A stretch of 64,000 nucleotides of DNA from Selaginella moellendorffii (Eukaryota > Plantae > Lycopodiophyta). Each line of letters starts with the position of its first letter. The stretch's first letter is position 1. The stretch is taken from NCBI RefSeq assembly GCF_000143415.4, contig NW_003314318.1:806001-870000 (forward strand). Direction: 5' to 3'. The notes under the pieces are model-generated. The model saw only the letters and a program-made list of their open reading frames with translations, made no database searches and had not been told where the DNA came from. Of this stretch, positions 56,362-64,000 are shown piece by piece. The translations under genes were made by a program, and so were the position numbers.

Positions 56362-57770
56362 GGAAAAAGAGTTTCTCCTTAATTTTGCTAAGCAGTTGTG
56401 AATAAATATCCAGGACAAAGACTAGAGGGAATTGCATAGTTAGTAAACAATATTTTACCATGCTAATAAAATTTGTATAAAAGTGTTTTGTATGAATGGG
56501 CCAACAAAGGAAACTCAATACATGTAATACAAATACATTACGGCTACCAGCATCTTTTAAGCATTCCTTGTATATTGCTGCTCTTGAAGTTCCAGCTACT
56601 TTAGAGAACAGACTGTAAAGATCAGTCACCTTCCGGATCCATAACCATTTGATGGAAAGCATCAAGATTTAAAGCAGTGACGAACGAGGCAAAAACATTC
56701 CTTACATTGTTGTTGTTAGAGTCGTCATCTTCACTTCCTTCGCTTGATCCATCGATGCCACTACTGCTAAGTAGTCAAAGCATGGTGAGCTCAACCCTCA
56801 AAAGGAAAGAAAGGCCAAAGCTGCCGTTTCTGACAGGCTTGCATTTCTATAGCGAGTACACACCTCTGCGAGCTAAAATAAATTATAGAGCAACCATTTG
56901 GGGCAATGCTTGTTGTTCATTTGCTATATATTATCAACATCAACACTCTAACAAGAAAAGTCTTATCAGGTTGCAAATCGTGTTTGTATTGAAAAGCAAA
57001 CGGCAAAACAAATTTATTTAAGAATAATTACATACATCTTAAAATTTAACCGTCAGATTCGTCAAACTCACCGGCACAAAACATTTTCATAGCGACAGCA
57101 GGAGACCTTGCCATGATAAAGTCATAGACATTGGCAGGTTTGTGGAAGTCCTCGAGGTCATCGTAAGCCAATCAGCCGAACATTTATCACCTTGCAAGAG
57201 AGCATGGCTTTGACCTGCTGCAGGCACTCGGCAATATCCCCGTTGAAGACACAGCGTTAAACTGTGACATGCGCCACAATGAGCTTCATCACCTCCCTGA
57301 ACTTGGCCTGTTCCCAGCCGCAACCATGCTCCAGTCCCAAATAAACCTTGGCCAACTCAGCCACTACCATGCCTTTTAGAACTACCTCCATGCTGAGTCC
57401 CAGGTCGAACACGCAGCTCTCAAGCAGCAAAGGGCAGCCACAAATGTCCATTCTTTTCACTAAAGTGCCCCAGGCTTCCACTGCGGAACGTTTTTGTGAC
57501 TCTGGAACCACCGTTCCAGAAAAAAGTCACCGGAGCTGGACATAATCACTACCGTAGTCTAGTCCTGCTTTGTCATGGCTACAAACCATCCCAAGAGAGT
57601 AGCTACATCATTGTTGGACCACTGCTTCAACCTGTCAGCTTCATCGATGACAAAAATTGGCCTCCTGTGCTGGTTTTCAATTTCCAGGCTCATAAACCAG
57701 CCTTTCACTCGCTGGGGAGTGACATCAGGTACGCGCTCCACTCTCACTTGAAGACTTGTAATGCTTTAAA
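56362..57770 (+). repeat. Direct segmental duplication, copy B, with a 5'-deleted ATPase pseudogene (about 57087-57700, minus strand)
   Basis: GWFMSLEIENQHRRPIFVIDEADRLKQW is nearly identical to copy A. The segment equivalent to about 40445-40950 (including Walker A) is deleted. Confidence 0.88.
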
Positions 57771-58173
57771 TCTTTGGATCCTTCTACGCCAGCCATCTCG
57801 GGAAGGCCTATACCATGTCATAAGCGCAAGTCATGTTCCACATAAGAGCCATGTAGGAAAGAGAGGAACAAGCGCCGGTTTCTTCCACAGGAGAGAAATG
57901 AATCTTCATGGATGTGCTCGCAAATTTTTTTCCAAAAAACGCGCAGTAAAAAGCGATATATACTACTACCTGGCGTAGATAAATTTTTGGATAGAATTAA
58001 ACAATAGCACAAAAAGTATGTGTCTTGGACACTCCGGAGCAGGGAGGGCCCCTTGCATACACAGAATGCAAAAGTGAAAGAGAAAAAGGAAAAGAAAAAA
58101 AGAAAGAATACATAGTCTAACATTTTGTTTTTTGAGGACTTTGGGTCCCTTTGGCTTATTTCTCTCTCTCTCC

Positions 58174-58204
<31 letters not shown>

Positions 58205-58469
58205 GCTTTTCTGATTGTTTAAGAAAAGTTCTACACCACCAACATAAAGAAGAAAATATTAGGGATATTATTAACGGTGGTTGGCACGATTGCACTCCAA
58301 ACCATTTGATATTCAATTGGATTTCTAATGCATAATTTCCACGTTGACCCTTAGCTTGCTGAACAGAGGAGATTACTCAGATTTACGCGATGAGCTTAGA
58401 GATGGATCTCATCTGATCGAGGGCGGACCCAACCCTATCGATCCATCGCACAAGCGCAAGCTAGCAGCT

Positions 58470-59468
58470 ATGGCGCGATTCTCCCCGGGACGATCGTCTT
58501 GGCATGGCAATGGCTGCGGCGATTTAGGCAGAAAATGCTTACTTCTCTTGGCAGCATGGCTGATATTCCTTGCGGGCTTAATCGTCCACTTTGGGAGCGA
58601 TTCGGGCGCCCCCTCGATCAAAGGACACGAGCGCGATGGATTCTTCCTCGTCGCAGTGATCTTCAACAGGGTGTTTGCGGCAGATCTGTTCAACATCACG
58701 TCTTTCGAGTGCCGGCAGTGGATCGATTACATGGGCAGCGCAGGGGTGGAGCACATCTACTGGTATGACACCGCCCACGATGAATCCGAGTCCCAGGAAG
58801 AAAGTCTCCGGCCATATGTGGAATCCGGCGCTCTCACATACCACCGCTTCTACTCGCTCTTCCCCAAGCTCGAGGGCTCGGATTTCCACTACGAGCAGGA
58901 CAATTCCTACGCCCATTTCCTCGCGAACTACAATCGATCCGGCGGCTGGGCGATCGAGATGGATGTGGACGAGTACCCATTCTCGCCCACGGACACGAAT
59001 CCGGGATTTTTGGCCAGATTTTTGCGAAGGACAGGCACGAGCGAGGTGTCCCAGATCTTGTTACAGTGTATGCTCTTCATGGGGAATCCAATGGGCGATC
59101 CGGGGAACTGGGTGATCGAGCGCTACCAGAGGAGGAAGCGCGAGAGCGAGGGCACGATCCCGGGATTCCATAGCCGCCAGAAGCCGATCTTTCGGCCAGC
59201 GCTGACCGAGGGCGTGACGACCTTCGATCCACACAAGTTTGTGATGAGGATTGGGGCGACGATCGTGGCGGAGGAGAAGGAGATGAGGATGAACCACTAC
59301 TGGGGGCCTCGGCTGACAGATTTTGGGCCTGATACTCCAGAGGCCGTAGCGATGCTGGTGGAGGACAGTGGGATTCAGCCCATCGCGAGCTATCTAAAGA
59401 GGACGAAGATTGGAGATGATCTTAGATACGGAAACGGACGGCCTAGATTAGGCCCCCTTCCATTTTGA
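58470..59468 (+). CDS. Type II membrane glycosyltransferase, GT92/DUF23-like (GT-A fold), intronless
   Basis: N-terminal TM (CLLLLAAWLIFLAGLIVHF), QWIDYM..AGVEHIYWYD, DXD motif MDVDEY, KPIFRP, and RMNHYW. Confidence 0.75.
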   Translation: MARFSPGRSSWHGNGCGDLGRKCLLLLAAWLIFLAGLIVHFGSDSGAPSIKGHERDGFFLVAVIFNRVFAADLFNITSFECRQWIDYMGSAGVEHIYWYDTAHDESESQEESLRPYVESGALTYHRFYSLFPKLEGSDFHYEQDNSYAHFLANYNRSGGWAIEMDVDEYPFSPTDTNPGFLARFLRRTGTSEVSQILLQCMLFMGNPMGDPGNWVIERYQRRKRESEGTIPGFHSRQKPIFRPALTEGVTTFDPHKFVMRIGATIVAEEKEMRMNHYWGPRLTDFGPDTPEAVAMLVEDSGIQPIASYLKRTKIGDDLRYGNGRPRLGPLPF

Positions 59469-59689
59469 CAAAGTTATTTGTACATAACTTTTAACCCGTG
59501 GGTTAAATTGCCCCCATTCCTTTTAGGGTTTTAGGGCTTCTATTGTTCGATCCAACGGCGCTTCTTTGTTTCGATTGATCGCATTGTGAGTGGTTTAGTC
59601 ATTTGTGAGGAGCTAGGGTTTTAGCACGGTGGCGCGCGATGCCTCCTACTCCACGCGCGCCATGAGCGCCAGATCAATCGCGGTTCTTC

Positions 59690-61640
59690 ATGGAAGCGCA
59701 TGAATCGTCCATGGCGCCGCCGGAGGTAGGGGATAGGACGCCTTACGCGGGTAGCGGCGGTAGTAGCAGCAAGCTCAAGCTCAAGAAAGGTTCTTCGTCC
59801 AGCGCGAGGATTAGCACGCCGTATGAGAGGCCAGCGGCAGCCGCAAGGCATCCCAGGCAGGCGGCAGCGCTCGCGGAGAGCAAGGAAGGATGGATTGGAG
59901 GCAGAATTGTAGGCTCGGCATCTAGGATTCTAACCAAGAGTGCTACATTTTTGTACACTTCACTGTTCAAGCGCCAAGCTCCGGCTATCGCAGCTCCTCC
60001 TCGGCCAAATGCTGGTGGGTTTGTTTGATCTCTTTTGGGTTTTTGTGAAGTTGCGGTTTGATCTTGCAGAAGTGGAACTGGATGGAACTGGCGATGATAT
60101 ACCTTCTTTGGAACTAGCGTTCCCTTCGAACGAGCAGGTAGTCTGGTTTTTTTCTTCTTGGTTTTTCTTTTTCTTTCGTTTACTAGTTTATTGTTTCTCG
60201 CTGTGAAGGTGGCTAAGGATGATCGTGACGATGCCCGGCTTGAGAATGGGCCGTGTGATCCTGTCAGGGTCGAGAATGGTCCCTGTGATCCTGTGGAAGC
60301 TGATGACCTTGAGAGCATTCTTGTTGAAAAGGAGCTCACAAGGTAGTTTCTTTTTTTTTCAATCACGAAGTAACTTTGTGCCGCGCAGGGAGCAATGTGA
60401 GCGCTACATCAAGCTCATCAGATCGAGGTTTTACGGGGACGAGCATGTAAGCAAGCCGTCTACTAGTGTGTCTCGAGCTCAGCGGTGGACGCCGATTCAG
60501 GTTCCAATCTCAGGTGGTCGCGAGGTAATGTATTTTACATTCTCTGCTTGGATAAATTCTACGCTACGCTTTCTTTGCAGCTTTTGAAGAAGCGGGATAG
60601 TGCCGAAAACTCTTCGCCTTTGGCGCGTGGCACGAAGGATCTCTCACCGACTGGTTCGATGAGTTTTAGAGGTCCAAGTATCCTGCCGAGCGTTGCGCAA
60701 AAGAGGAAGCCTCATGCCGACTCGATGGACTTGACTTGCTTCCGCAAGACAAAAGAGAGGACAGGTTTCAAGCTGTCCGCGCCTAGTCAATCAACGCGCA
60801 CTGCTGGGAGAATCCTTGACACACTGGAGAAAAGTCCTTTCAGGGACCTTGACGCGAGAAAAACCACCGAAGCGAGCAGGGTTTCTTCTGGAAAAAGAGT
60901 TACGGCGGCAGAAAATGTGCTTTCTTCGACAGATACAGTTCCAGAGAATCCACCCCTTTACAAGGCAAGTATCTATCATTCTTTCTTCATTTCCAGTGCG
61001 ACCATTTCGTAACCGTTGTGTTGCTACTCCAGACGAAGCGTGGTGGCTTGGCGCCGCTGACTGGATTGTCAGCTTCTTCGAGTTTCACATTTCCTTCAAC
61101 ACGCTCTCGCTCTGGTCCAGAGCCGCCAACACCAAAGATACCATCGCCCCCCTCCGTCATCACAAGGTATTCCTTTTTCTAAACTCCAGCAGCTCTTAAG
61201 TCTTGGTTGTCAGCAGGGATCAGACCAAGACCAGAAGCGTTACGGTTTCATTTGCCAATGGGACAGCCTCCGATATCGACAAGTTCGCTGCACGGGTCGA
61301 GAAAGCTAGCTCTATTCTCGAGGGGAACTTTGGTGGTGGTGGAGCTCCATCGCTAACTTCTTCTCCCTCCGCGAGCGGTTTCGAGGCCGGCAGTTCTAGC
61401 AGATTCTTAGCAGCACGAGGTGATGACGATGGGAAGAAGACGATCTCGGTGGCTTTTGATCCGGCAAAAGAAAAGGAACACTCCCTGTTCGAAGCGAAGT
61501 CGGAGAAGTTCTTGGTAGGAGCTCAATCACCCGCTCCTCCAGATAGCAATCCTCCTAATTCATCTAATGGCGGCTTCTCAGTTGTTGCTGGACCGGAGAA
61601 GATATCAAAGAGAAAAAAGTCCGCAAAACGAATGAGGTGA
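59690..61640 (+). CDS. NUP1: NUP1/NUP136-like nuclear basket nucleoporin (compact form), multi-exon
   Basis: N-terminal GGSSSKLKLK..STPYERP, GWIGGRIVGSASRIL..A..LYTSLFKR, DLESILVEKELTREQCERYIKLIRSR, STRTAGRILDTLEK, FTFP..PEPPTP, and a basic C-terminus KISKRKKSAKRMR. Confidence 0.72.
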
Positions 61641-62049
61641 GGAAATGATCACTTGATTGACCAGAGTGAGAAAAGATTCCTGGCTAACAGCAACAGTGGG
61701 GCTTTGTATGATAAGTTCAAGGTTTTGGTGACTTGCTACCGAATAAGTGGCACGGGTGATGGTGACTTCGCTTCTGTGGGTATAATACAAGCTCTTACCA
61801 ATCAAACTTGCTGAAAAACAACAGGACAAGCATACGCTTTACCAAGCAGCAATGCCACACTCGTGGCCTGAGAAGAGGCTGAAATGAGAGGTGAGCATGG
61901 AGACTCAGTAAAGAGCGAGCTTCACAAAGTAAGCAGTAAGCATGGACTGAATTTTGAGCTAATAGATCTCGCAACTTAGCCGTTGAATGGAGGGAGCTGC
62001 ACTTACAAACTGTCTCACAGATCTGAATTTCCTTTTGAGCCTATCACCA

Positions 62050-62965
62050 GTATTCATTGCCCCAAGGAATGTCGCTGCAGTTTCATCAGCTCTGCCACAT
62101 TCGCTGCATCAACTATGATGAAGCCCATGACCTTGTCCAGGGAATGCTGCTTCCAAAAGTGACGAGGATGATGCATCGGCTTCAACTGAGGAGGCATAAC
62201 CAAAAGCCGGAGCTGAATATTGGACAGCATCTTGTACTCGTCAGAGATAGTCCTCCGGAAAGCCGGGAGCATCAACATCTGAGTGAGACAGAGGGCGTTT
62301 CGGAAACTTGTCCTGCATGGTCAGGATTTCACCGTCTGCAGATCTATACCTAATTGCCCGTATCGAGTCTGCTGCAGCATCGTTATTTCCCGATACAAGC
62401 GTCGTGCAAACCTGCTTGTCATGTTCCAGATCGCAGAGAAATCTGCATTCGGTGGACACGAGCACGTCCATTATACCAGCGAGCTTTGCGATTTGCCGGA
62501 ACTCGACAGGGCGGTCATCAAGTTCTAGTAGCGGTCTTATAAGAGGCATTCTGTCCATCACCCCGTCGTACTTCATGCTTCGGAATGACAAAGCATAAAA
62601 GTTCTGCAGGCAGAATCCCTGAGCCGATGCGCAAGGCACCCGGTGACATAGTTCCAGCCACTTCGAAGGCAGGTGCAGCCATTATCCTCGTGCTGATCCT
62701 CGAAGTAGTTTCTAGCTGCGACGACGCAATATTCGTGGCCCTTTCTTCCCACTCCGCCCTCAACAAGGACGATACAAGCGTCCTTCCTTTCCACGCCGAC
62801 TCAAGGCCCAGTCGAGCAATCTTGCCATAGAAACTCATCTTACTTGCACTCCACTGACTTGCCTGGCGGTCGGCAAAGGCGGAGGAGTGTAGGCTGGAAC
62901 AGCCACGGCGCCTGCCTGATCGTCTGCTGGAATGGAGATCGGACTTGCATACACTGGCGCCATCC
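62050..62965 (-). pseudogene. Coding-like sequence of unknown family, probably frameshifted
   Basis: Overlapping minus-strand ORFs (62518-62976, 62241-62639, 62054-62278) with coding-like GC content and a splice acceptor near 62965. No recognised motif. Confidence 0.25.
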
Positions 62966-64000
62966 TGAAAATCCAAACGATACGTTTAGAACTTTAGTAA
63001 AATCTAAGCTCTAAGATGGTAGCACAAAGGAAATCGAAATGGTAGAGCAAAACGTAGAACAAGCAAGGGAAATCCGTGTGCCCAGGGCAAGAAACGCTAG
63101 AAATGGAAGATCTACAAGCAAATGCTGCTTCATTCCGCTAGAATGCATGCTCTAGACCTCGAAATCCATGCCAATCGACCCTGGCAGCGTATTTCCATGC
63201 CAAGAAAACCTGGAGAATGCTCACATACCTCGCCCTGATCGCGCCGCGCGCCTGCCTTCACTGCCTGGATTCAGCTTTTCTCTGGTTCTACACGCCTTCA
63301 TGCCATACTTTTTATCATACGTACATTTTATCACAGGTGTGTCTCAAACTTTAATAACGCTTCCTTAACTTGAGCCTCCTCTATAAATATAATTTCTATG
63401 GTTCGTGACCTAAGATTCGAGCTCTAGACTAGGTTCTAAGCAAGCCCTTTGTCAAGCCCCTCCATTTTGACCATTCTGATGTTACTTTCGAGCGACTATA
63501 TACCTGCTGACAAAAAATAAAAAATAAAAAATGGTTGTTTTAGTGTATCATTTTTTTTTGTTTAACAATTGTAAATATGGATAGTTTAGTTTATCGTGTT
63601 AAAAGCCTCCGGACATAATAGATTAAGTTATCCATCTCTCATGTTACTTGGATTTGTGTGTGTGCTTAGTGAAAATAATTGTGTTGCAGCGTCAATGCTC
63701 TACTAGAGCAAGCAGATTATCCTGGCAAGAAACAATGTGTGGTCACACAAAAGCATAGCAATGTTGTGTGACTTATACATCTGATACTACTCTAGAAGTG
63801 CTAGGAAAATTCATCTACTCGAGGTAAGATTTTGGTTTTGAATTATTTGGATGTGCAGGAACAAGCCCGTGATTAAAAAGCTCGTCAGACGCTTTTACCA
63901 GTGGGATGAAAATCTGGCGAGGGAGCTTGGTTTTATTACCGGATTTGATCCCGAGCTCTACATTGCCAAAGCACACAAAACCTTATAGCTCAATGCATAT

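Noticed and set aside
63680-64000. Exon-like plus-strand segments at the window end
   Set aside because: Splice-like signals but in-frame stops and no recognisable domain.
1-64000. tRNA, rRNA or spliceosomal snRNA genes; bacterial contamination
   Set aside because: No such RNA signatures were recognised by eye, and the prokaryote-like genes (M32, YebC) contain spliceosomal introns and are interleaved with plant genes.

Overview
Eukaryotic plant nuclear DNA. Very short (about 50-70 bp) introns, tiny intergenic gaps and many intronless PLS-class PPR genes point to a compact lycophyte genome such as Selaginella (inference, not proven). Bases 3.4-38.8 kb are gene-dense: GRAS (SCL14/LISCL-like) plus a pseudogene copy, a duplicated PR-10/Bet v 1 + PPR cassette, a bacterial-type M32 carboxypeptidase, DRT102, a third Bet v 1-fold gene, CSLC, a YebC/TACO1 gene, a probably degenerate SYCP2-N-terminal-domain-like gene, GDT1, two more PPRs, TOM40, a sorcin-like penta-EF-hand gene, a TRFL Myb gene and PDK. 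Bases 39-58 kb are a transposon/pseudogene island bounded by a direct duplication (ATPase pseudogenes). In it, a decayed LINE is interrupted by a 1.7 kb probable solo LTR (TSD TTTCA) and, 22 bp away, by a full-length but defective chromodomain Ty3/Gypsy element (TSD ACTAC), followed by a hAT relic and GlnRS/PPR gene fragments. A GT92-like gene and a compact NUP1-like gene follow. Best findings: (1) an SYCP2/Red1 ARM-PH-like meiotic-axis domain in a land plant; (2) the chromovirus shows a tRNA-independent self-priming signature and a GGGAAAC + hairpin -1 frameshift signal; (3) patchily distributed M32 and GT92 genes; (4) loss of the TATA box in one PR-10 duplicate and helically phased W-box arrays; (5) frequent GC-AG introns and ultra-short telo-box-containing gene spacers.
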